Assembly (NCBI GenBank): GCA_043732185.1 | Contig: JAYTHY010000094.1 | Coordinates: 1 to 64,000 of the forward strand | Direction: 5' to 3' | Length of the DNA: 64,000 nucleotides | Source: Fibrobacteria bacterium | GTDB lineage: Bacteria > Fibrobacterota > Fibrobacteria > UBA11236 | Part shown: positions 29,394 through 38,235 of the stretch, in pieces | Layout: each line of letters begins with the position of its first letter | How positions within the stretch are numbered: position 1 is the first letter of the stretch | Program-made: the position numbers and the translations under genes | Notes under the pieces: model-generated | The model's database searches: none | The model's input: only the letters and a program-made list of their open reading frames with translations | What the model was told of the DNA's origin: nothing

Positions 29394-30410
29394 ATTTAAA
29401 CGACCCAGCGCGTCACAAGAATTCACAGTTTGCATGCGCCGAGCACCCGCTGGCCCAATTCGCAAAATGGGATTTCCACAACCTGGCAAGGGATTCAGCA
29501 GCGGCCGAGTCGAAGCAATCACGGCATTCCAGTCCGGCCTGGGATTCGCCTGCGTGATGCCAATGACCCCATCGGCAATACGGTTATTGAGATTGGCTGC
29601 AACGTCCCATGTGCTGTCATGCCCAATGGAAACGCCTGCCACGCCATAGCCATCATCGGCGAAAATGGGTTTTCCGGTGAGATCGTGAATGGCTTTCCAA
29701 GTCATGGGATCGGCTCGGATTTTTCCCGTTCCCGCGGGTCCCTCGGCATTGGTGCGACCCCCGGATGTATTGATGTAAGTGAATCTCGCCAAGTTGAAAG
29801 ACGTATACCAACTTTGGTTCAGGGTGGAGTTCCAGGATGTCCACGGGGATATATCCAGGGAGAATTGCGCGTTGGGCAGATACTTCTGGATGCTGTCCAG
29901 CATTTCGTGCATGAAGGAAGCGGCTTCACCAAAGGTGAGCGGTTTGCCGCCTTGGGTTCCGGCTTGTGCGTATTGATAATAATCCGGTTCCATCATCCAG
30001 ACTACGGAAGTGACCACGCCGAGATCCGCAGCCGTGCCCTTCGCGTATTTCGAAACCTGACCCAGAATGCGAGCTCTATCAGGTGGATTACGGAGGTAGA
30101 AGGCCCCGGAATCGCAAAGGTTCGGGGTCCCGACATCGCAGTCCTGCAACAAATGATCCCGCCGCAAGGTAAAGGCGATGACATAACTGTAAACCACCGG
30201 GGTTTTTCCGAACAAGGCTCCGCCGGGACGGCAGGCGCGCATCATATTTCCGAGATTATAATTTTCTTCACTGCCCGCCCACTGGTAAACGTAATCGATT
30301 TCCGATCCCGGATTCGTTGAATAGGGGCGGCCATAATTGAAACGGCATTTGGATATTTCTCCAAACACCGAAAACATTGAGAGGAGTAGCATTGGCACGC
30401 AGTATCGCAT
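29358..30410 (-). CDS. Secreted hypothetical protein, possible distant GH6-like barrel
   Basis: Signal peptide from ATG 30410 (MRYCVPMLLLSMFSVFG); TPVVYSY...QDC, WMMEPDYY, FSLDISPW, PIFADDGYG; short DALGR tail. Confidence 0.6.
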   Translation of the reverse strand: MRYCVPMLLLSMFSVFGEISKCRFNYGRPYSTNPGSEIDYVYQWAGSEENYNLGNMMRACRPGGALFGKTPVVYSYVIAFTLRRDHLLQDCDVGTPNLCDSGAFYLRNPPDRARILGQVSKYAKGTAADLGVVTSVVWMMEPDYYQYAQAGTQGGKPLTFGEAASFMHEMLDSIQKYLPNAQFSLDISPWTSWNSTLNQSWYTSFNLARFTYINTSGGRTNAEGPAGTGKIRADPMTWKAIHDLTGKPIFADDGYGVAGVSIGHDSTWDVAANLNNRIADGVIGITQANPRPDWNAVIASTRPLLNPLPGCGNPILRIGPAGARRMQTVNSCDALGRLNLFDQFNFVPHY

Positions 30411-30421
30411 AGGATACGGTA

Positions 30422-31183
30422 TCACACCTGGTACGGTTTTATGGCGCGAAACCGCAGCCGGGTATAATCTGCCGTCCAAGTGCCTGTCGCATCGCACAGT
30501 TCCGGCCGCAAATCCTCCTGGACTTCCTCAAGAAAGCGTTCCCGGGTATCCGCAGGTAGAGTGGACATGAAGTTTTCTGCGAAGGTTTTCAGCCACGTAC
30601 TGACATCGCTGGGTAATAGCGTCGGGCGCGCAATGACTTCGCAGCTTTCCACTTTAAAACCGCGCGCCTCAAGCTTGGCCCGGTATTCGGAACCCGTGGC
30701 AAAATACCATGGGTTTACCGAGTCTATCGCTACGCTGCGTTTTTCCAATGCCTTGCCCAATGCCTTACGTATTTTTGCAACGCATCCTTCACCCCCGCAC
30801 TCACCCACAAACCGGCCACCCGGTTTGAGCGCGCGCCAGACACCATCAATGGCTGCATCTGGATTTCGCATCCAATGCAAGGTGGCATTGCTGAATACGG
30901 CATCGAACTCGGAAGCAAAATCCAAAGCTTGCGCGTCCTTCACTTCAGCCGCTACTCCCAACTTCCGTGCGCCTTCAACCTGTGCGGCGCTCGCATCCAC
31001 TCCCAAAACGCGGCAGCCCATGCCAGCTAATTTTGCTGTCAGAAATCCATCGCCACATCCGAGGTCTAAAATGCGTTCGCCGGAAACAGGTGCCAACAAC
31101 TCCATCACGGGTGTGGCGAGTTCAGCTACAAATCGTGCGTTACGGGAATACGTTTCCGGATCCCAGGTCTGTAAAAGCTGCAT
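30422..31183 (-). CDS. Class I SAM-dependent methyltransferase (trans-aconitate methyltransferase-like)
   Basis: WDPETY, ILDLGCGDG, FDAVFSNATLHW, LKPGGRFVGE, DYTRLRF; likely start ATG 31183. Confidence 0.9.
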   Translation of the reverse strand: MQLLQTWDPETYSRNARFVAELATPVMELLAPVSGERILDLGCGDGFLTAKLAGMGCRVLGVDASAAQVEGARKLGVAAEVKDAQALDFASEFDAVFSNATLHWMRNPDAAIDGVWRALKPGGRFVGECGGEGCVAKIRKALGKALEKRSVAIDSVNPWYFATGSEYRAKLEARGFKVESCEVIARPTLLPSDVSTWLKTFAENFMSTLPADTRERFLEEVQEDLRPELCDATGTWTADYTRLRFRAIKPYQV

Positions 31184-31327
31184 GGTGCGTGTTCCTGCAA
31201 AAAAATTGTTACAACAGAAGGTGGACGTTTGAGCCGTGTCCTCCAAACCGGCCAATCTCTTTGAAAAGAGTAGTTAAATCCGCCCAAACCCAGAAATTGA
31301 GAAAAAACCCCAATATTATCATATTTT

Positions 31328-31411
31328 TACACTACGATTAATTGAATTTAATTGCTTTATATTGATTAATATGCTTATAAAAGAGTTATTATAATAAGTA
31401 TGATGCACTAC
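31328..31411 (+). promoter_or_regulatory. AT-rich promoter bracketed by TACACTAC/TGCACTAC (31328, 31404; 76-bp offset) with TATAAT just before the second copy
   Basis: Seen directly; the downstream CACTACNTWTTCTGAGG(A/G)GG context is shared with the 27560 site. Confidence 0.7.
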
Positions 31412-31431
31412 GTATTCTGAGGGGGTCACCT

Positions 31432-32907
31432 ATGCTATCTCAATGTCGCATTAATGCTGCTGCAGTCTTTTTGGCGTTGGCTTGCGCGTTGTCTATGCCT
31501 GAGACGATTCAGTCTCAAACAATTCCGGCTCAAGCTTATTCTGTTTCTCCCAATCCTGCTCCCGCTGCTGTTGCCTTTAAGCTTTCACTCCTCGGGGGAA
31601 CGTGGAATTCGCTCGCAAGTTTTTCCCGGGAAAGCGTTTTGGTTACTGGAAGCCGCATCGATCTTTCCTTTGTCGTTAGGCAGATCATTTTTATGGATCC
31701 ACTCATTTGGATAAAGAATCCCCCTGTAGTGGATACGCTGTTTGCTCTTCCAGTTGTTGCTCCTGTCTTTTCCATGCCGGCCCTCAAGGCTGGCAAGTAC
31801 GAGGTTTGGGCGACCCAGATGTACGAATGCCTGTATGCAAAGCCCCCGTGTGAAATTGCCGTTACGCCCAAATACGCCGGGGTCTTGGAAGTCAGTCAGG
31901 CAGGCGCAATCACCTATTCCATCAATCCCACCAAAACTTTACCCGGCAAGGATTTTAATCTCAATCTGCTCAGTTATCAATTCAACTGTGCCGTAACCTA
32001 TGACATGCTCGCAACTACTGTAAATGGAAACAACATTTCACTGACATTTCTGGATCATGAAGCCCCCGTCGGGAGCATTTGCCCGGCCATCTATATGCCA
32101 TATGGGCCAAGGTTTAATATGGCGGCTCTTAAAGCCGGCACGTATACGGTTACGGCCTATCGCTTACCCGCGTGCGCCCCCCAGGGCTGTAAAATGGCGC
32201 CGACGCCCGGTGATGCCGGTACTTTGGTTGTAGAGGATGTCACGAGCAAGACGGGCTGGTTTCTCAAAAATAACCAGGTTCCGGCCAACTCGGCATTTTC
32301 CATGCAAGTCGTGAACAACCAATTTGGCAACTGCCAGACCAGCTTTTCAAATCAAACGGTGAGCGTGGTGAATGGAGAAATTCACACGCGATTCTTTCCA
32401 GTGGTGGATCCAAACCGAGTTTGCATCGTCAATATTGTTCCCTGGGGTCCAAGCTTTGACATGGCCGCGCTCAAACCAGGCAAATATCCGCTCTATGTTA
32501 CCCAGCTCCCGGCGTGCCTGGTCACACCTCCATTCTGCAAGATACCGGAAATACCAGTTTTATCCGATACTTTGACAGTCACGGGGACAACCGGCATGTT
32601 GGTCCAACCGCAAAGAACGATCAGACCGAGCGCATACTTTCAGGGAGGACGCCTTTACCTCACTCTACTGGAACCCTCCAATTCTTCCTCAAAGCCTCTT
32701 TTAGCCGGCGCCACATGGAAGATAGAGCTGATAGCTTTGTCAGGACGCGTTCAGTCAACGTATACTTTTAACGTCGATGGGAAGAGTCAAAATGGGGGAA
32801 CCCTAAGTCTGGATGCCGGGGTTATCATGGACAAGGGAGTCTATTTGCTGCAACTGCATTCACCAACGGGAGAGTTGCAGTCCATTCCAGTAGTACGCAG
32901 GGAATAG
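31432..32907 (+). CDS. Secreted protein with three Cys-looped repeat domains plus T9SS-like CTD (family member B)
   Basis: Signal peptide; three repeats ending MxALKxGxYxV...PAC...C; CTD LIALSGRVQ...KGVYLLQL. Confidence 0.8.
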   Translation: MLSQCRINAAAVFLALACALSMPETIQSQTIPAQAYSVSPNPAPAAVAFKLSLLGGTWNSLASFSRESVLVTGSRIDLSFVVRQIIFMDPLIWIKNPPVVDTLFALPVVAPVFSMPALKAGKYEVWATQMYECLYAKPPCEIAVTPKYAGVLEVSQAGAITYSINPTKTLPGKDFNLNLLSYQFNCAVTYDMLATTVNGNNISLTFLDHEAPVGSICPAIYMPYGPRFNMAALKAGTYTVTAYRLPACAPQGCKMAPTPGDAGTLVVEDVTSKTGWFLKNNQVPANSAFSMQVVNNQFGNCQTSFSNQTVSVVNGEIHTRFFPVVDPNRVCIVNIVPWGPSFDMAALKPGKYPLYVTQLPACLVTPPFCKIPEIPVLSDTLTVTGTTGMLVQPQRTIRPSAYFQGGRLYLTLLEPSNSSSKPLLAGATWKIELIALSGRVQSTYTFNVDGKSQNGGTLSLDAGVIMDKGVYLLQLHSPTGELQSIPVVRRE

Positions 32908-32935
32908 TACAACTGGTTAACCGGGAGTATCACCT

Positions 32936-34000
32936 ATGTTACACTTAAAAAGACATTGGAAAAACCGCCGGGCATGGTTGTTGCCATTGGTCTTGATTGT
33001 CACGTGGGTGCTGCCTTCCGAGGCAGAAGTGGATTCCAGTTATTCCATCAATCCTACCAAAACTGCGGCTGACAAAGCGTTCACGCTGGACCTGCTCACG
33101 TACCAGTTTAATTGCGGCACAACCTACGATATGCTTTCCGCTTCTGTGAATGGAAACGCCATCTCCCTGACCTTTCTGGATCACGATGCCCCAGCTGGAA
33201 CCGTATGCCCCTTGATTTATAGGCAATACGGACCCACCTTCAGTTTGCCTGGTTTGCATTCCGGCATCTATACAGTAAAAGCCTTTAGACTGCCGGCTTG
33301 CGCGGCCCAGCATTGTCCTTTTGCGGCCATTCCAGGCGTAGATGCGGGCACCTTGATGGTGGGAACTGCGGCGGACAGGGCGGGCTGGTTTCTTAAAGAT
33401 AAGGAGGTCGCTCCCGGGAAAAGTTTTTCCCTGCAGCTACTCAACAATAAGTACGGAAATTGCCAGACCAGTTTCTCGCATGCATCCGTCAACCTCCAGA
33501 ACGGAGAAATCTGGTCGACATTCTTGATTGAAAACTATCCTGAACGCCTGTGTATCATGGACATTTATCCAAACGGACCATCCTTTGACATGGTGGGTCT
33601 AAAGCCTGGATCCTACCCTGTCCGCGCCATTGAACTCCAGGCATGCCAACTTAATGTACCGCCTTGCCCGATTCTTTCCATTCTGCCAGACCCTTTCGAT
33701 ACCTTGGTCGTAATCACTAGCACAGCCCGCCTTTCCCAAAGTCCGGCATCCTTTGTGCCTTCCGCATTCTTCCAAGGCGAACGCATCCATCTGTTCTTAC
33801 CGGGCGAACCGGATGGCAAGTGGCGGGCGGAGCTTTTAACCACCACGGGCCGAATCCTCAAAGCCTTTCAATTCCACTCCGGATCGGATCCCAGAGTCGG
33901 CCTTAATGTCGGGGTCCAAATAGAACGCGGCTTTTACCTGCTCCGTGTGCAGGGGCCTACTGGAGAAATTCATATTCTGCCGGTGGTGCGCAAAGACTGA
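32936..34000 (+). CDS. Secreted protein with two Cys-looped repeat domains plus T9SS-like CTD (family member C)
   Basis: Close similarity to repeats 2-3 of 31432 (YSINPTKT, YQFNC.TYDML, GWFLK, GNCQTSFS); CTD TTTGRIL...RGFYLLRV. Confidence 0.8.
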   Translation: MLHLKRHWKNRRAWLLPLVLIVTWVLPSEAEVDSSYSINPTKTAADKAFTLDLLTYQFNCGTTYDMLSASVNGNAISLTFLDHDAPAGTVCPLIYRQYGPTFSLPGLHSGIYTVKAFRLPACAAQHCPFAAIPGVDAGTLMVGTAADRAGWFLKDKEVAPGKSFSLQLLNNKYGNCQTSFSHASVNLQNGEIWSTFLIENYPERLCIMDIYPNGPSFDMVGLKPGSYPVRAIELQACQLNVPPCPILSILPDPFDTLVVITSTARLSQSPASFVPSAFFQGERIHLFLPGEPDGKWRAELLTTTGRILKAFQFHSGSDPRVGLNVGVQIERGFYLLRVQGPTGEIHILPVVRKD

Positions 34001-34037
34001 TGCTGTCCATTTCAATATTAGCTGAAGGAGAAGATTC

Positions 34038-34913
34038 ATGACTTATTTGCTCAACCGCATGCTCATTAGTGCCGGCATCCTGTCCGCAACGCTTTGGGCA
34101 CAAACTTCTGTGCAAACCGTTTTCATCAATCCGAACCAGGTGGAATCGGGAAAGCCCTTTCAGGTTACCCTGTCAGGAAAATCCTCGCTTTGCAATCCGC
34201 AATTCTCCCATCACCAGGCAAGTGTAGCGAGTGGAAGCATTCAATTGACGGTCATGGCCGTCAACGATCCCTTGGCCAAATGCACGGCCGGTGACCATGA
34301 TTACAAAACCGACTTCGAACTGCCGGCGCTTAAGGCAGGGCAGTATACCGTTACCGCGTCCCTGGAACCGGCGTGCCGATACTCCACGCCCGCCTGTATG
34401 ATTCCGCAAATTCTGGAAAATGCGGGCACGCTCTTTGCCAAGGATTCCGCGAGTTTGCCTTTTGCCATCCGGCCAGGAAAAGTGGACCCGGCAAAAAGCT
34501 TTGATATGTTGGTCACAAACAATCTCTGGACATGTGCCAATGAATTTACCAATCCGGTTGTGCTGGTTGACGGTCATGCCATCTACGTATCCTTTACCAA
34601 TCGGTTTCGAATTGGAATTCTTTGCCCTGCAATTCTCAAAGACTATGGCCCCACGTTAAGTATGCCCGCGCTGCCAAGCGGTACTTATCAAATCTTGACG
34701 ACTTCCATACCCTACTGCGACCCAAAGCTCATTTGTCCGCTCTCGCTGCTTGCGCCACAGCTCTCGGGCGCGTTGACCGTGTCGGGAACCACAACAACAT
34801 TGGATAAACATGGAAATTCGCAGGTTGAAAAATCACATGCGCATATTGGTGCGCTTGGAATTGATGCCATTCATAATGCCCTTGGCCGCAGAATGAGTCG
34901 ACGCATTCAGTGA
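34038..34913 (+). CDS. Secreted protein with two Cys-looped repeat domains and short NALGRR tail (family member D)
   Basis: Signal peptide, AAGGAG RBS; LPALKAGQYTV...PAC...C and YGPTLSMPALPSGTYQI repeats. Confidence 0.75.
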   Translation: MTYLLNRMLISAGILSATLWAQTSVQTVFINPNQVESGKPFQVTLSGKSSLCNPQFSHHQASVASGSIQLTVMAVNDPLAKCTAGDHDYKTDFELPALKAGQYTVTASLEPACRYSTPACMIPQILENAGTLFAKDSASLPFAIRPGKVDPAKSFDMLVTNNLWTCANEFTNPVVLVDGHAIYVSFTNRFRIGILCPAILKDYGPTLSMPALPSGTYQILTTSIPYCDPKLICPLSLLAPQLSGALTVSGTTTTLDKHGNSQVEKSHAHIGALGIDAIHNALGRRMSRRIQ

Positions 34914-36151
34914 TTTAGTCGGAATGGGAAAATGCCGCGCCCATCGATGGAATAGGGCGTTCCGGATTTAGAACGTAACACACGTGTTCCATGGAATATT
35001 ACTTCCGTTGAAACGTTCTGGGAAGTTTGTAGCAGACTTTTTACGGAAGTAGGATTTGTTTCGGTCTTTCTAAACAAGCCCCCCTTGGTCAAGACCAAAG
35101 CGGTACCACTCGTGGAAATCCAAATATCTTCCACGAACAAACTATTTAGGCCTTCATTGTCTGTGACCCAGGTTTTTCCCTCGTCCTTGCTTACGAATAG
35201 GCCCTGCCCCCAAGTTCCGAGCCAAACTAAACTTGGATATTTATAATCCCAAGTGTGCCAATAATGGTTGACGGAAAATGCGGAAACAGTGGCGCTGGAA
35301 ATACCTGGAATTTCCTGACAGTGTACGTTCGCAGAATCGAATTCGGTATAGCCAGGAAGGATTTTCAGCAAAATTGGCTGTTCACTTGAATGGCGGTTGA
35401 TCCCCCAAACGATTTGCTGGTAGGGTCTTTGCTCAAAATTCAAGTACTCGCCGCTTAAATGGGTGGCGCAGTCCTTATCTGTAAAGCTGGAAGCTATTGA
35501 GTTTAAGGTGGTCCAATTCGATCCATGGTCCCGGCTAATTACAATACCTCGCCCTTGTGTAGCAGCGAATTCCCATCCCCCCCATGTACCTCCCAGCATA
35601 CTAACAATCGGACCATAACCACCACCGACAAACTTTATACTTGAAGTTTGACCCCCATCGTTCGAAAGTGCAATGGTTTCGTATCCGTTTCCATAGAGGA
35701 TAATCTTCTCTCCAAGGATCCGGAGTGCGGTGGGGTATCGATGCATACCAATGGGGCTGATCCAAGGCGCCTGGCTATCCTGTCGTATTAAATTTCCCCA
35801 TGCTACCCTTCCGCCATATCCTAGGGATAGGGGCGTCTGGCCTCCGTACACGTACTTTTTTTGATAGGCTATTGCGGTCCAAACTGCACCTGTGGAATCG
35901 CCGAAAAAAAGCGAGTCGCCCATGGTCAAATAAGGCCTTCCATATTGTAGAGATGCGAAACGAGATTGGCCTTTTCCAAAGTGAGGGCCCAAAGATTCAT
36001 CCGCCGCCCAAGAGGCACGTGTCTGAACCGGAACCCAAAGGTCTTTTGAGAATGCGGGCCGATTACTCCATGGAATCATTAAGAGGAGGAGGAAAGAAAA
36101 ACGAAAGATTCGCATTAACCGTCGGCTTGGAAAAAAAATTGGAACTGGCAT
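34907..36151 (-). CDS. Secreted BNR/Asp-box beta-propeller protein
   Basis: Asp-boxes SNDGGQT, SRDHGSNW, SKDEGKTW; signal peptide; short YSIDGR tail. Confidence 0.7.
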   Translation of the reverse strand: MPVPIFFPSRRLMRIFRFSFLLLLMIPWSNRPAFSKDLWVPVQTRASWAADESLGPHFGKGQSRFASLQYGRPYLTMGDSLFFGDSTGAVWTAIAYQKKYVYGGQTPLSLGYGGRVAWGNLIRQDSQAPWISPIGMHRYPTALRILGEKIILYGNGYETIALSNDGGQTSSIKFVGGGYGPIVSMLGGTWGGWEFAATQGRGIVISRDHGSNWTTLNSIASSFTDKDCATHLSGEYLNFEQRPYQQIVWGINRHSSEQPILLKILPGYTEFDSANVHCQEIPGISSATVSAFSVNHYWHTWDYKYPSLVWLGTWGQGLFVSKDEGKTWVTDNEGLNSLFVEDIWISTSGTALVLTKGGLFRKTETNPTSVKSLLQTSQNVSTEVIFHGTRVLRSKSGTPYSIDGRGIFPFRLNH

Positions 36152-36296
36152 TGGATCTCCTGACAGAATGAATCCTTAGAGAGGAGTTATTTCTGCACAG
36201 GTCCAAAGGTACTGGTACTATTTGATTTCGAAGTAAGCGGAAGGAAAAAAATCGTTGCCAAATGTGAACGGCGGGAAATCCTTTTTCAGCATGCCA

Positions 36297-36824
36297 CTAA
36301 CCGCATAATGGTCTTTCCACGCATTTGATCAATTCCATTCGGCCGGACTCGACAACGTTGCCTGCTTTTTCGTTGTGGAATACACCGCTCATATGCGTGG
36401 CGGTTGAATCCGTGAAGTGGATGTCCAGCTTTCCAAGTTCATAGCAATGGTTTCCATCGGTACATTGCCATGCATCCCGACCCACGTAAATGGAATCTGG
36501 GCCGATCTTTACTTCGGAAATGGCATTCACATGGAGTTGCGCAAAGGTGATTGGATAAGAGTAACCGGTGGTACAGGAAACAACAGTATCGGTAAACGAA
36601 ATTCGGGTTTCCGGGCCATCGGTGGGTCCGCAGTCATTGCGAATGGTTCCATATTTGGTAAATCCCGTGGGTTCGATGCCACATACGGGATCGGACATTC
36701 CGGAATCACAACTAAGCAACGCCAGAGCAATACTGAACATCGAAAAGATCCACCGAAAGGCAGATTGCCTTATCGGTTTTTTTCTGAAAAAAACCGGATC
36801 TGAAATTTTAGTTCGAGGCAACAT
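36297..36824 (-). CDS. Hypothetical Cys-rich lipoprotein
   Basis: IALALLS|C lipobox; multiple Cys; start uncertain. Confidence 0.55.
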   Translation of the reverse strand: MLPRTKISDPVFFRKKPIRQSAFRWIFSMFSIALALLSCDSGMSDPVCGIEPTGFTKYGTIRNDCGPTDGPETRISFTDTVVSCTTGYSYPITFAQLHVNAISEVKIGPDSIYVGRDAWQCTDGNHCYELGKLDIHFTDSTATHMSGVFHNEKAGNVVESGRMELIKCVERPLCG

Positions 36825-36838
36825 GTGGTGTCCGATTC

Positions 36839-36979
36839 TTATTGGGATGATGGGATTTGCAAAAGATTCGGAAGGATTTTAGGGTGCCTTAACGGCGGTT
36901 GTTTACTTGGATGCATACCAAATGCAGAAGCCAACAGCCAAATTGCCACAAGGGCATATAGGGATATTTTTGGGCTCAT
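36839..36979 (-). CDS. 46-aa ORF with signal-peptide-like N-terminus (small secreted peptide or truncated gene remnant)
   Basis: Manual translation MSPKISLYALVAIWLLASAFGMHPSKQPPLRHPKILPNLLQIPSSQ; preceded by AACCC-ATG as at 27589; 14 nt downstream of a TACACTAC. Confidence 0.4.
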   Translation of the reverse strand: MSPKISLYALVAIWLLASAFGMHPSKQPPLRHPKILPNLLQIPSSQ

Positions 36980-36993
36980 GGGTTAATCATAGT

Positions 36994-37075
36994 GTAGTGT
37001 ATATTTTTACAAATATACTATTTAAATATACTATAATCCATTTTATATTGATTATTAAATAATAAATGTAGTGTA
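36994..37075 (-). promoter_or_regulatory. AT-rich promoter bracketed by TACACTAC direct repeats on the minus strand (74-bp offset)
   Basis: GTAGTGTA at 36994-37001 and 37068-37075 on the plus strand. Confidence 0.7.
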
Positions 37076-37190
37076 TTTAGATCTGATTATTCCTGATTTT
37101 TGACCGATTTAAACAGAGTTTGTGCGGGTCTCCTTTCCGCAAAAAGGTCTTTTCACTTTTCTTTTGCCCATTCCTACCTATTTTGAGGGT

Positions 37191-38171
37191 ATGAAAAAAA
37201 TCCTCATCACCATGGGCGATCCCGCCGGCATTGGACCGGAGGTTGTCGTAAAATGCCTGGCCCGATTGGCAACACTAGACGCCAACTTCGACATTGAACC
37301 AGTGGTTATAGGTGAGCGGGAGATTCTGGAGGAGACGGCCCATTCGCTGGGTATCAAAATGGAATTTGGCCCCGATGATTCTCCCCGCAAAGGCCGGATT
37401 AAAGTGCGCAGCATGGGATTGATTCGCAGCGGGGATTTTGAATTGGGTCGTGTTTCGGCGCTTTGTGGCAACGCCGCGTTTCATTATTTTACGCATGCCG
37501 TAGAAAGTTGTCTGACTGGAGACGCGTCCGCAATCGTAACTGCTCCCATCAATAAGGAAGCCATGAACTTGGCGGACCATGCGTATGTGGGCCACACTGA
37601 TATATTGGAAAAAATGACCGGGGCCGATGCCATAATAATGGCCCTCGTCCACCCAAAATTAATCGTCAGTCATGTCACCGATCACAAACCCCTGCGTAAA
37701 GCGCTGGACGCCATCACCATTCCCAGGATCCAGGAAGTGGTCAAACTCACTTGGAAAACCCTGTTGGCGAAAGGAATCACGCATCCTCGCATCGCCCTCG
37801 CGGGCGTCAATCCCCATGCGGGTGAAAACGGTTTGTTCGGACGGGAAGAAATCGAAATTCTACGGCCGGCTATGGAACTATTGAAATCCGATGGGTATCC
37901 CACCTTGGGCCCTTTTCCCGGAGACACGGTTTTCCACATGGGCCTACAAGGGCGCTTCGATGCGGTTTTGGCCATGTATCACGATCAGGGCTTTGGACCG
38001 ATGAAGACGGTGGACTTCGCCAATGGCGTCAACTGCACACTGGGATTGCCCTTTGTACGGACTTCTCCCGATCATGGAACCGCTTTTGAAATTGCCGGAG
38101 AAGGAAAAGCCAAACCCGATTCCATGATCGCGGCGTGGAATCTGGCGGTTCAGCTGGTGCGTCAAGGCTAG
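37191..38171 (+). CDS. pdxA: 4-hydroxythreonine-4-phosphate dehydrogenase PdxA family
   Basis: ITMGDPAGIGPE, TAPINKE, GHTD, NPHAGENG, AMYHDQG, RTSPDHGTAF; start set at ATG 37191. Confidence 0.93.
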   Translation: MKKILITMGDPAGIGPEVVVKCLARLATLDANFDIEPVVIGEREILEETAHSLGIKMEFGPDDSPRKGRIKVRSMGLIRSGDFELGRVSALCGNAAFHYFTHAVESCLTGDASAIVTAPINKEAMNLADHAYVGHTDILEKMTGADAIIMALVHPKLIVSHVTDHKPLRKALDAITIPRIQEVVKLTWKTLLAKGITHPRIALAGVNPHAGENGLFGREEIEILRPAMELLKSDGYPTLGPFPGDTVFHMGLQGRFDAVLAMYHDQGFGPMKTVDFANGVNCTLGLPFVRTSPDHGTAFEIAGEGKAKPDSMIAAWNLAVQLVRQG

Positions 38172-38181
38172 GATGAATGCT

Positions 38182-38219
38182 AAGTTGATGGGTGCTTGCC
38201 AAGTTGATGCGGGCTTGCA
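38182..38219. repeat. Imperfect 19-bp tandem duplication between convergent pdxA and rpe
   Basis: AAGTTGATGGGTGCTTGCC / AAGTTGATGCGGGCTTGCA, 16 of 19 identical. Confidence 0.6.
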
Positions 38220-38235
38220 ATGCACAGTCCTTCAT

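Noticed and set aside
29430..30320. 296-aa plus-strand ORF
   Set aside because: Lies entirely antisense to the signal-peptide-bearing 29358..30410 gene; no motifs; shadow ORF
27589..34913. Diversity-generating retroelement or shufflon behind the variable loops
   Set aside because: No reverse transcriptase, recombinase or template/variable repeat pair with adenine-specific differences seen in the window
27485..37075. CRISPR or integron attC interpretation of the TACACTAC repeats
   Set aside because: Repeats are only 8 bp, non-palindromic, and occur in pairs upstream of genes; no cas or intI gene and no attC-like hairpins
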